This document shows, in pieces, positions 11,401 through 21,964 of a DNA stretch of 26,787 nt. A program made the position numbers and the translations under genes. Positions within the stretch are counted from its first letter, which is position 1, and each line of letters starts with the position of its first letter. The stretch is from Octopus sinensis. Lineage: Eukaryota. The stretch spans positions 1 through 26,787 of the forward strand of contig NW_021834067.1 in assembly GCF_006345805.1 (NCBI RefSeq), read 5' to 3'. The notes beneath the pieces were generated by a model. The model saw nothing but the letters and a program-made list of their open reading frames with translations. It searched no databases and was not told the DNA's origin.

Positions 11401-11529
11401 GATTCATTTCTTCCTTCAGTCATTGCGTCGCATTTATCTTGGACAATTTCACGTTTCCATGCCCATATCTTCACTCTTGATTCATCAACTGCAGGGGGCT
11501 AAGGGAAGTTTGTGTCCAATCGACCGTAT

Positions 11530-11625
11530 ACAGGAAGCTCTATCTGCAAGATTCAACTGTTCTCAGTCTCAAGTTTCACGGATTTTTAAGAATAGGCAAG
11601 AAATTATGAAACTAATTTTGAAAAT
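11530..11625 (+). mobile_element. pogo/Tigger N-terminal HTH relic
   Basis: QEALSARFNCSQSQVSRIFKNRQEI resembles the CENP-B/psq helix-turn-helix of Tigger transposases. Confidence 0.55.
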
Positions 11626-11720
11626 AAGTGAAACCGACCGGAGGGAGACGAGCTGGCTCTTCCAGCGAATCTCGGTCGCGGTGCTCCGCGGGAACTGCCA
11701 CTCGATACGCAGCGCGGGGT
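11626..11720 (+). mobile_element. CRE-clade LINE C-terminal (REL) relic
   Basis: ETDRRETSWLFQRISVAVLRGNCHSI matches the CRE-clade terminal motif D.RE..WL.QR.S.AVQRGNA.SI. Confidence 0.6.
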
Positions 11721-12309
11721 CTTTGAGCTGACCACCAGGCTCTTCATAAACTCGTGTTAACTTTTTCATATTTTGTTTAAGAATCTAAAAAAAAGTGAAG
11801 CCTCTTTAAAGAAAATTAAAAACAAGAGGTTGAAAAAGAGTTCTGGAATTCGTACACACCGTCAATTAATTTGATACTTTTGTCAATTCATAATTGAAAA
11901 TAATAATTTTTTCTAAAAATGCTTTCTTGATATTGTTCGTCACTCAACAGAGTAACCTTTCCAGGAGGATTGCAATCACGTCAATCATCAAAACAACAAA
12001 TCTCGCTGAAATTTCCATATTTCCTTAGGAAGATCTCCGATGGACGTAACTCAACCTGCCGTATTTGATGACAGTTGGAGCCAAAGGGGCGTTTGCCTTT
12101 ATATTAATAGGCCTTTTAAATCGGTATATTAATTATCGATTTTTTTAACGGCTCGTATTCAACCGTATCTCATTGTGAACCGGTCACAATTAATGTTTTC
12201 GTGATCATCATTTGAATTTTTGATGAGAAATGTAAGTTTTAATGATCTCTAGTGGTCTAAAAGCTTCCGATAGCTCAACTTTTTTTTCAACATCACTTGT
12301 TTCCTAATT

Positions 12310-13794
12310 TTAGTCATTAAATAAAATCAAGTACTGGTTGAGATTTTTTATCTTCTCGAGATTGCCCTTCCAAAAATTTAATTAGTTCTTCTTTTTCAAT
12401 ATAGACATATTCAAGAAATCTATCATAAAAAATTGCATCATTGATTTCACATTTTTTAATTAATTCTTCATAATTATTCTCATAATCTTTGTTAATGTTA
12501 TTTATTTCTTCATCAATTGTGCATGCCGAAAGCAATTTCAAATAGTTGTGGGAGTTAAGTTATTTCAAGCAAAGAAAGTAAATTGCGCAGCAGATTTAAG
12601 GGTGATTGTATTAATTGCATTCTGATGTTTTTCTCCTGCCTCAATCTTTTCTATTATTTTGTTTATTTTCAATTCTGTTAACTCAGCTTTAAAACATTTT
12701 ATTATTCCCTGATCCATTGGTTGCAACAATGAGGATGTTCTTGGAGACAAAAAAGAATTTCTATAAACTTCAAAGTGACTATGATTTGATGAGAAAAACA
12801 TTGGTTAATCACAAGTAAAATTTTTCTTTTTCCCTTGCCAGCTCAAATTCAAAATCAGTCAGTCATTTATTAAAAATTTCAGTGTTCATCTATGCTTTGT
12901 TCGAATATGTGTAGGTAACATAATTTCCAAAGTTAAAATTTTTGAAGCATCTAGGATTTTTAAATCTTCCTATCATCAATGGCATTCTTTTATCTTCTCC
13001 GGAACATTTTGCACATATTAATAATGAAAATCGATCCTTCGACAACTTTATTCCAGGTCTTCATTTTGTACATACACTTTTCGAAAGAATTGCCTTGTAA
13101 AAAACACCGGTTTCATCAGCATTATAAACGTTATCCAATCAATATTGTTGAATTTTTAAACTGGTTATGTCGTTGAAATCAGTAATGGATTTTTCATTAT
13201 GATTAATTGATCCCATATCGCCGTGATGTTTTCTTAGCTTAAGACCATTTCGGGTCTTGAACTTTTCTTTCCACCCACGGCTTGCTTTAAATGCTCCATT
13301 ATTTTCTCCAAATTTGAGAGACTTTGAAATGATTATTGAATCGGATAAAATTGCTCCCTTTGACTCCTTTAGGCTAATCCACGCTACCAGTTTCTCATCA
13401 ATTTCTTTAAATTTGAGTTTAGAAATTATTGTAGCGTTGAATGTTTTTATATCAGTCCTGTTTAATCGGTCGGATTTTGACTTAAGATCGTTTATTGCTC
13501 TCGAAGAAATCGTCTTTTACAGTCTGACAGAAAAAATTATAGAAAATTGTAAAGCAGACATTGACGGGTTGTCAGAAATATAACGAAAAATAAAAAAATT
13601 TTCGTTGATAGAAAGTCTACAGTACTACGACTTATCTCAAAAAAACAGCGTGGCGTGTAATTTAAATAATTAATTTGATTAACAATTAAGTATAAAAAAT
13701 TTTTCAAATTAATGACAAACGGATTCGAGAAACAGGCGGATTCGAGAATCTTCCATAGGAAATTCAACAAGCAGATTCGAGAGGTTTTACTGTA
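12310..13794 (-). mobile_element. Degenerate pogo/Tigger DNA transposon with one surviving TIR
   Basis: CENP-B HTH (EIDEKLVAWI...FKASRGWKEKFKTRNGL), VYNADETG, and FLSPRTSSLLQPMDQGIIKCFK, with stops and frameshifts. TA-CAGTAAAACCTCTCGAATC TIR at 13774-13794 with subterminal GATTCGAGA repeats near 13722 and 13739. The opposite TIR was not found. Confidence 0.85.
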
Positions 13795-13849
13795 CTTTTT
13801 TTAGAATTTTTCATCCACGTGAATCTAATTCTTTTTACTATAATATATG

Positions 13850-14030
13850 TTCGCTTTTATAACAGGAGACATTAATGATCTCGGTTTTCGTTTAATTGAC
13901 CGAAAGGCTGAGCTCAGCCAGAGCTGGGACGATATGTTCGACATCCGAATTACGTGTCCAGCACACCCTCCTAATGTGGCATCATCCAGATACCACAGAT
14001 TGAAGGAAGAGACAGCAAATCGAGAAGTTC
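13850..14030 (-). mobile_element. CRE-clade LINE RT fragment
   Basis: FNLWYLDDATLGG followed, after a frameshift, by LSLSVN*TKTEII (GL.LN..K.E motif). Confidence 0.65.
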
Positions 14031-14354
14031 TGACCGTTTTAAAATGCGGCGAGACGAGTTGAAACAGATAGTCGCGAGGAAATCGTTTTTTTGGTGCATG
14101 TGGGGTGGTAGAGTTCACCAACGTTGACCGTTCCAGTACAGTTTACAAGGGTAGACCTGTGATCAGATCACTGTATCGGAAGGATAAAGTTTGGGTTATT
14201 TGTATTTTCGATAGCTACCGAGTGTGCGGGCTCCTAGTCTAACTGAAACGTCATCATTTACAAAAAGTTACATATGATATATATACGAGTAAGTTGCTTA
14301 ATAAAGTAATAATATAAATGACTAAAATTTTGCAGCTCACTTGTTTTTGTTGTT

Positions 14355-15690
14355 ATGTCTAATTCCCCATTATTAGTTTATATAAGAATAAGATTATATT
14401 ATACGATATAACTAAACCCAATAGACCACAAAATTCAGAAGAAACACAAAATTCAGAAAACATAATTAAAACGACCTCAGAAAATGCAATATCCATTACC
14501 GATAAGAATGGAAATGAAACTAAGAATTTCAAATTTTGCAAAATTTTCGATTAAAACTCATCTCAGGAAGAGATTTACAGCACAATTGTGACACCAGCTA
14601 TCTCCAAAGTTATCAACGGCTACAATTTTACTGTCTTTGCATACGGACAAACAGGTGCTGGGAAAACATACACAATGGAGGACGATTATAATGATCAAAC
14701 TTACAATGAGTGGCCAGTACTTTCACGTGCAGGCATCATTCCTCGTGCCGTTGGCGATATTTATCGAAAATTGAAAAAATGGTATTCAATCTGTCTATAT
14801 GTGCCATAGGACTGCTATACATCAATGAAACTGTCATTTCTTGAACTCTTTAACGAAGAATTGTATGATCTGCTTGCTAAAGAGGAGGAGAGTGACATTA
14901 AGCTTTCTGTATTTGAGGATTCGATGAAAAAAGTTATTTTTATTTATATTTTCGAAAGGGAGCTGTCATCATTAAGGGCTTAGTGAAGTCGTTGTGAAGA
15001 ATCAGAAGGAACTTTACCAAAAAATCAATCTTGCTTGACTCCGAAGAATAACTGCCGCTACTCTCAGCAATGATAAATCTAGGTTTGGTTATATTTTTAA
15101 TTTCAAGCCGATCACACACAATTTTTACTATAACTGTCCACATTCGACAGAATTTTGGAAATGGAGATGACTCAATTCAGCATTTATTTATTAATTGACT
15201 GTCATCAGGTGGATTTGCCAGAATCTGAAGAAAGTAGCCGAACAGGGAGTAGCAAGCAGAGAATTCGGGAGGCGGGTAATGCGGTGGTTTTAACTCTCAG
15301 CTTCCATAAATCAAAGTTTATTGACCTTGGGACGAGTTATTTATGCTTTGACTATCAAATCTCCCCATATTTCTTACCGAGAGAGCAAACTGACAAGAAT
15401 CCTCAAAGATTCATTTGGAGGGACCACTAAAACAGCAATGACAGTCAACATTTCCCCAGCTGGAAGTTGCCTAGAAGAGACAATCAACTCACTCGATTCT
15501 GCCAAAAGAGCACAAAATATTAAAAATACGCCTGAAAAGAACCCCAAAATAGAAAAAAGCCAGCTTACTCAGGTTTGTGATGGTGGATTGTGATTTTTAG
15601 TTGTACGAATTAGAGATTGCTTCTCTTAAGGCTGAAATGATGGACATTACTAACAAAAATTCACTTTATATAACTGACGAGCGATATCGG
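14355..15690 (+). pseudogene. KIF11: Kinesin-5 (Eg5/KIF11/BimC) pseudogene: motor domain plus neck, 3'-truncated
   Basis: [121 protein letters not shown]. Disablements: first intron donor GT>AT, in-frame TAA and TGA, a frameshift near 14980, DLAGSE changed to DLPESE, and loss of the KLNL segment together with its donor site. Confidence 0.92.
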
Positions 15691-15705
15691 TGGATTATTT
15701 GATTT

Positions 15706-16303
15706 ATTCTATAAATCAGTCCGGGAAACAACTCGGATTCATAACTGCAAATAAGTGAGAGAAATGCCTGCACAAATGTTTGTGTGCATAGTAAAGTCCT
15801 TCCAACTGGAGTGCGAACTGCACATCCGACGACCCGACCATATTCTGAATTTTGAACTCAGAAAACACCGCCTACAGCAATGGCTCGACTAAACCACCGG
15901 AAATCCCAACTTCTGGACAATACGAGCGTACTTCCTGGCTGCCCACTTGGCCTTTTCTTCACTCTTAGCCCCTGTGCACACCATTTTGCCAGAACTGAAG
16001 ATCAGGGCAGTGGTCCTCGGGTCCCTAATCCTCATAATCACTGCCGCAAATCGCTTTTGGTTGTATTCTGCATTGTAGAGCGATGTGTTTCAAGTCAAGT
16101 TTGACCCAAGGTTGAGAGTACAGACGATATTCCTGCAGGTGTTAGACAGTTCTGTACTGAAGTTGGGGTCTCATAGCAAAATTGACCTCGGAAGTGGGAT
16201 TGAATGGTGTTTGGGGGACTTCCAGGTCATTTGGCAGCATGCTTGGGATTTGAGGCTGTGTGGAGGGTGCTGGGGTGGCTGCGGTGTCAATTGAGTTAGT
16301 CAT
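15706..16303 (-). pseudogene. TBP: TATA-binding protein pseudogene, 3'-truncated (not called by the ORF track)
   Basis: MTNS...PQTP...RPQLQ|[18 protein letters not shown]...[34 protein letters not shown]...[14 protein letters not shown]|...FKIQNMVGSSDV...LEGL...|YESELFPGLIYR, with three 23-26 nt introns. A 1-nt deletion and an inferred 8-nt deletion create a premature TGA; the sequence ends at GLIYR. Confidence 0.95.
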
Positions 16304-16334
16304 GTTGTTGAATAGTGATATTTCAAAGCAACGA

Positions 16335-16409
16335 TTGGGGTCGAGGAGTGCATTCACGGAATCTAAATTGCTGGGATACTTTAATATTTTGGGGTCGAGG
16401 AGTGCATTC
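16335..16409. repeat. Perfect 21-nt direct repeat at the retroelement/TBP junction
   Basis: ttggggtcgaggagtgcattc at 16335-16355 and 16389-16409. Confidence 0.9.
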
Positions 16410-17270
16410 CTATGACTTTTGAAGAATCATGAGACAATTCCATCTCAAGTAAGTACAACAGGGATTATCTTCACTTTAGCCAGATGAATCGCCCCTAATT
16501 CATTTGCCAAAAGGTCATATTTGTGGAACTTTTCCACTTCAACTTGCTTTAGGCAATTTTGTGAGGTAATCCCAACTTCAATGAGTGTAATTGTATTCCT
16601 CACCTTGTCATGGACAAAAATATCTGGTTTACCGTTTGAAACAGCCGTATCCGTAATAGTTGTGTCCACTCGAATTTCCACAACTTCATTGGCGACAACA
16701 GATTGAACTGAGTGAGTTTTTAATTTCTTCGTTTTTCTTATTCCGTATTGGCGGCATAAATGCAAATGTAGACATTTGACAATTTCATTATGCCGTCTTA
16801 GATAAGAGCTGTTCAGCATTCGTCCACATCTGGTAGCAAGGTGATCAACGATCTTCTTTGCTGAATTGCATTTATTTTCTCCGTTATCAAAAAACAAATT
16901 TTGATCCTGTAGTAGACAACACATTCCTTCAGTTCTTGCAGAGTTGTTTCCATGAACTAGCCACCCTGCAGATTCATTAACATTAACTTCAGTGTCCTTC
17001 AAACACTGGAAAAGAAAAGAATGCAATGGCTTAGTTTCAATCTGCCTAATTAGATATTCATGTTGAATTTCCACCAATTTCGTTATTGTCAGTTCATTTA
17101 TATTTTCGATATTGTACTTTCGGGATATGAATTCTACGATAGTGGCCATATGACTCAACTCATATGATATGAGTTTTCTTTGAATTAACGACCCGTAGAA
17201 TTCCCTTTCTTAGGCAGTAATCGGCTTTATGCTTCAAGTCATGATAAAATTGGAATAGCATTCGTTCAGA
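16375..17270 (-). mobile_element. R4/Dong-like non-LTR retrotransposon 3' part (CCHC plus REL endonuclease), degenerate
   Basis: ORF 16445-17158: SAGWLVHGNNSARTEG, VDHLATRC, RRHNEIVKC, KPDIFVHDK, LIEVG, EKFHKYDLLANEL, IIPVVLT*DGIVS*. Confidence 0.9.
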
Positions 17271-17863
17271 TTTGGGTAAGCCATTTTTAAAAGATAATTC
17301 AAATGCAATTTTTAATTAGAATAATTGATTAATCTACACTCTCCCATATATAAATTGCTATATTCAATACCTTTTATGTGGTTGTCATAAAAACACGTAA
17401 AAGGACAGGGTGCCCAAATCTGAATCTTGCAACTCAACGACCTCCGTAACCCACCGTCTGTGGTACACAGTATGAACCTTGTCAATCAGGCATTGGAGAG
17501 TCAGAAGATGTTCTTTAAGATTTGTGTTAACCATTTCTTGAGTCTTGGACAAGTCACCAACCACATTGTCTACGTTCCTTTTGTTTTTTCTTTTAGTAAC
17601 TTATGTAGATAAGTCGGATGATACAGAATTTCATTTCTTAGCAGAAACCAACATGGCCACAACAACAAGAAAATTAATAATTACTTTCTTAAATACTATA
17701 TAATCATATATCCTGCATTGGTCGATTCGCTGATCTAGATTATGAGAGCTAAAGGAGTGCTAATATAATTTCTTTATTTTAAGAGTGGCTTTAAGCAATA
17801 TTTTAATCAGGAAAGTTAGTGATAGAGAAAATAAAGTCCATGATTAGTTGATAGAGAAAATGA

Positions 17864-20147
17864 TTAGTTGAAACCGTAGTATTCAACGTCGTCAAAGTCC
17901 GCCACCTCGAATCCCGACAGTCCAAAGCCGGTGAATATTCCATTGGTCACGTTAGTTGTATTCGCATAGATCAAATTCCCTTGAATCCTGGCAGTAATGT
18001 TATTATTCTGGAACTCATATAATAATCAAACGTGTGCACTGAACCTCATCGTTATCCATTCGGGTACGGGCAGTGTGGTGGCGTTAGGAATCCGTGCAAT
18101 CAAGGACTGGCGTGCTAAGGGCGAGTCACAATTTGTGTGTACCCAAATCGTTGTAGATATATGCTTCGTTTAACTGAGTGTCGTAAAAAAAGAAAAGTCC
18201 TTCGGCATTGTAGATATTGATTTCTCGTTGAATCATTCGCAGCATTACGAACGGCATCACATTCAATTTGGGCAATATTTTCACTCTAACGGAAATCACC
18301 GAACTAAGTAGAAAAAGCATGCCAACTTGAGGGCGGACGGGGGGAGCATAACGAATGGTGTGTAGCAAGTAGCGGGTGTCCACAATGTGGGCGGCGCAGG
18401 CGCCATTTGACGGTAAAAACGATTCCCACTTTCCTCCATCACTTCGAACGACCCGCATTGTTGGGAAAGGTAGGGAGCCTCAGAGTTAACTTCAAGATGT
18501 TCAAAATTCTCAATGAAAATGTCGGGGAAGCTGGCGGAGGGCGGAATGCTGGGCAGAGTGATGTCGTTGGTGTCCCTCGTACTAAACGAATACACACAGT
18601 CCGGCTCGAATGTAAAACTGAATTCTCCGTCCACGATCTGGCTTATACACACAAATCAACCTCCACGTCCGCCATTTTGGCAAATTTGTCGCCATCGTTG
18701 GTCAACTTGGTCCTCCGAACGTGTAACACAGTATTATTCTTCGAGACTATGAACTTGTTGTTTATTACGGACTCGACTTCCTGAACAAGTAAACCAGCCA
18801 TGCAACCGTCGTCTCCACCAGAATTAAAAAGTCCTCTCGACTCGGACTGGCCAGAGTAACGTAGGACCCAAAGTCGGCAAACCCAGCAGATCTTTCCAAA
18901 AACACCCAATCCATATCCACGTGGTGTGTCACATGAGCTGGGCGGTTAGGTTCGCCAAGTCACCAATTTCGAAGAATGGGATCGTGACGGAGAAGTAGTT
19001 GCTCCAGGGCTCCAAAGCGCGGATGATTCCCGTTTCGTAGTTGGGGAAGCCCGGGTTGTAGGACGAGGTGAGGGACCACGCGAGGAATCCCGTTAGAGAG
19101 TGGTTGATGTAGTTCCTGTTGAATCTCTTAGAATATGCATAAAAATAAAACACAGCCACGAATCCGCCGTCGAACTTGTCTTCGGAGGCGATCTGGGGTT
19201 TTCCTTGAGAGTTGTAGTTGTAGTAGTTATTAGGGTAATGGAATCTGATTGGTAGACAAAAATCAACCCGACGATATCCACCAAATCGGCAAGTGTGGGA
19301 TCATTCTCCATATCCCGGTTGATGATGGGGACTCCGTCTACGATTATTTTAGTGTCCTGGCAGCATTGGCTAAGATTATCCCGCAGAATCTACTCGGCTC
19401 ATCCCACAGTCCAACCTGCATGCAGCTCTTGTTGTACAGTCTTTGATTCCAAATCTGTGAGTTAGTCCAGGAATAACCCCGATGGAGTCAATCGTCAAGT
19501 TGTGGTGTTTCTTCGCCCCAGTAATCCATTTGGTGGTGTAGTTCGCCAGTTTATGTTGATGCAAGTACATACCCTCCAGCCAGGAGGGGAAGCACCAGGA
19601 GAGTCCGCTCAGATGGAGTTTGTTATTTAACTATAAATTAAGGATAAAGACGACATCTTTGGCTTTAGTCATGATTTTCCACTCGTATCCTCGAAAGTAG
19701 TTTTCGTCGTGTTCGGTGTGCATGTGAGAGGCCTCACTGCCGCCTGGAGATGTGGCATTACTGGCTCACTTGAGGATTCACAGTCGCCCCCAATTTCGAC
19801 TTTGAGGATTTGCAGAGATGCTCCGTATTTGGGCTGAACTGATTTAATTAATGAATTACCCGGAAAAGTAATTCCATAATTTGGTGGAAATTGGAATAAT
19901 TGGTCAAATATTTGGATGTCGCCTAAGAATAAGTTGAGGAGAAACTACCTTGCCGCTGATTGCCCCGATCCCCATGTATTTCGAGGTGTTTTGGTCATCT
20001 AGGTCGATAACAGTGCTTGATTCCGAGATGCTGTTGTTACCCGAGTTGATCCCACTGAGGGATTGCCAGGTCTGACTGAGGGTTATTTGAGTTGATCACA
20101 AACGTGCATGCCAAAACTGTAAGGACAAGCAATTGGGTCGCTGCCAT
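17864..20147 (-). CDS. GALC: Galactocerebrosidase-like glycoside hydrolase family 59 protein, about 634 aa, 15 inferred introns of 23-28 nt, signal peptide; acid/base Glu replaced by Gln
   Basis: Manual splicing gives an unbroken frame from ATG 20147 to TAA 17866-17864: GIGAISG|ATS..LTNY, LF.PKYGASLQILKVEIGGD, GSEASHMH...DENYFRGYEW, GLSWCFPSWL, IG|IWNQR, HYP, ASED, AWSL..SY, EPWS, SEAP...Q.GSFE, FEVADFDD. All are collinear with animal GALC through to its C-terminus. One 27-nt intron is in-frame and stop-free, so it could be retained (+9 aa). Confidence 0.92.
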
Positions 20148-20520
20148 ATATTATGAATATTCTTATTGCTTTATAATTAGTCTATTCAAGTATACGTTTC
20201 ACCACTGAAAAAAAACAAAATTAAATAAATTTATTTTATATGGGAAAAGACGGAAGACATGTTTGTATAGCTACAGTTCCTCTATTCGGTGGGTGGTATT
20301 TTGGAGGATTTTCCCGACGTTCCTAGACGTGACGGTAAGCCAGAAAAGCACATTTAGGACTATAATCAGTCGATCATCAAAAGCACTAATCAGTCAATCA
20401 TCTCCTGTGACTTTATCTAACCATAACTAACAGCACCCATTTACATAAATATTTTCCTTTCCAAAAAGCGCTAAATATTATTAGGTCAGTCTGTAATTAT
20501 TTTTTAATTAACATTGCTCA

Positions 20521-20898
20521 ATGCATTGGCCACTTTGCTCACTTAACGAGGCTTTTGTGGAGGGGACTGATCCTCGAACTGTAAATGAAATATGTTCCTC
20601 CGTGTTGCTCAGACAGGACTTTATCACCACTGAGGAAGTAGAGCTACTGACCAAAGAGGTCCACTATCATCTAAAAAGAGCCAAATATCAAAACAACCAT
20701 TTGGATGATGTAAGATACACCACATGTAGGCCATTGTGGACTTCAGAAAACTGGAGAGACGGGACTGGTCTCCCCCATTTCCCCTATTACTCGTGCGAGG
20801 GAGACTGTCTTCAAGGAGACGGCGAAATAATGCCCTCCTTCCACGTGCTGGATTTGAGCGAGGATGGGTACATTAAGCCGCATGTGGACAGTCCGAGG
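20521..20898 (+). pseudogene. ALKBH7: ALKBH7 pseudogene fragment, 3'-truncated
   Basis: DFITTEEVELLTKEV...KRAKYQNNHLDD|AIVDFR...W...HVLDLSEDGYIKPHVDS matches ALKBH7 (YEYDHWDAAIHGFRE; HVLDLEARGYIKPHVDS). After a 20-nt intron at least two frameshifts are needed. Nothing follows the next donor site. Confidence 0.88.
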
Positions 20899-20905
20899 GT
20901 TAGAG

Positions 20906-20972
20906 AATAGTTGAGCATTTTAATCACAGAATTATTTTTAGAAAATAGTTGAGCGTTTTAATCACTGAATTA
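20906..20972. repeat. 29-nt near-tandem duplication at the ALKBH7 truncation point
   Basis: aatagttgagc(a/g)ttttaatcac(a/t)gaatta at 20906-20934 and 20944-20972. Confidence 0.85.
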
Positions 20973-21104
20973 CAAAATCACTGTCGAAGTTGAAGTATCC
21001 TAATAAAGATAAATGTGTCTCGATTCTTCAGTCTACATACAACAATACACTCATTTTCAAATGAGACCCCATTCAAGCGTTATCGAGGAATTTTGAGTTT
21101 TTAC

Positions 21105-21270
21105 CACCCAATTCGAACAAATGTCGATCGAGCATGATGGAGGGTGTTTTAGCATCAACCATCTCATGTTATAGACCACATTAAATTGTTCACTCTACTA
21201 ACACCGAATTCTTACTAAGGTGGAGTGAGTTAAGTGTATCCCAAAAGGGTCAAGTCACACTTATAGATTA
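21105..21270 (+). mobile_element. Deleted derivative of the same R4-like family as 4680-6200
   Basis: Direct DNA similarity to about 5215-5300 (cccaatt..aacaaa.gtc.atcga.catga.gga..tgtttta.catcaaccat.tcatgtt), joined to similarity with about 5733-5790 (gaattcttactaag...tatcccaaa). Confidence 0.7.
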
Positions 21271-21319
21271 TGAGATGTCCATGATGGCGTCACTCTTCAA
21301 ACCAGAACGGAGCTTCCAG

Positions 21320-21395
21320 CACAGGCAGCCGCTGGGATTCGAACCCTTGACAGATGGAATCGATCGATTCCAATCCATGCATTGCGATGCATTTT
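21320..21395 (-). repeat. tRNA-derived (tRNA-Leu-like 3' half) SINE-head relic
   Basis: Minus strand GGGTTCGAATCCCAGCGGCTGCC resembles the T arm and acceptor strand of eukaryotic tRNA-Leu (GGGTTCGAATCCCACCGCTGCC); the 5' half is not tRNA-like. Confidence 0.4.
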
Positions 21396-21639
21396 TCAAC
21401 ACTGAATCAAGTTGCTACTGATTCCTACTTGACTTTTGAGAAAAGAGCTAACATATATACTTTCCCTTTTTTGTCTTTTCTTTTGATTCAAAAAATTCAT
21501 TTTTATTGTTATCTTTATTTGTTCGTTTGCTTTTTTGGGAGCCAAAGTTAGTCAATTTTTTCAGATTTTAACAGTACACATATTGAACTTCATTTACACA
21601 AAAAAGGCAATCTGATGAAAGAAGGCAATTTATCAATTA

Positions 21640-21810
21640 TATCAACTCTGTTCCGTCGATATAGACATAGCTTTCGACTTAGTTTTGAGGAAGATTCTAT
21701 TAAGCAAAATAATTTAAAACAAGTTTCTAGGGAAGCTCAAACTATGGATCACCAACTTTCTAAGTAGACGAAGGAGTAGGGTGTGCCTCACAGGACTGAA
21801 ATCTATGTTA
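21640..21810 (+). mobile_element. LINE RT fragment (AP-endonuclease class, I/CR1-like)
   Basis: VDI..AFDLV...LLSKI...GKLKLWITNFLSRRRSRVCLTGLKS (RT domain 3 to 4 linker). Confidence 0.65.
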
Positions 21811-21964
21811 CGTCTTCTGCCTAGTAAGACACTGGTATTGACCAAAAATGTGGATCCAAAACAATAGTAAGACATCATCCTGGCATCAATAAACATCAGT
21901 TGCGATTTAAAATTATAATTAAAGATGTCTCATTTTTAGTTAATTAACCAAGAATCGGTGAAAG

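Noticed and set aside
7120-16303. DDX1, kinesin-5 and TBP as functional genes whose breaks are sequencing errors
   Set aside because: They lack whole exons or termini and carry substitutions in invariant motifs (e.g. DLAGSE to DLPESE), which indel noise cannot explain. Nearby GALC has no frame errors.
18126-19446. Plus-strand ORFs 18407-18784, 18513-18752 and 19249-19446 as separate genes; likewise other short antisense ORFs in the track
   Set aside because: They are shadows of GALC or TE coding sequence on the opposite strand with no recognisable motifs.
17815-20431. Weak inverted similarity (GTTAGT..ATAAAGTC..ATGATT) on both sides of GALC, suggesting a Pack-type element carrying the gene
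   Set aside because: The match is gapped and AT-rich, the left copy is part of a local tandem duplication of the stop-codon region (ttagt(t)gatagagaaaa), and no target-site duplication is seen.
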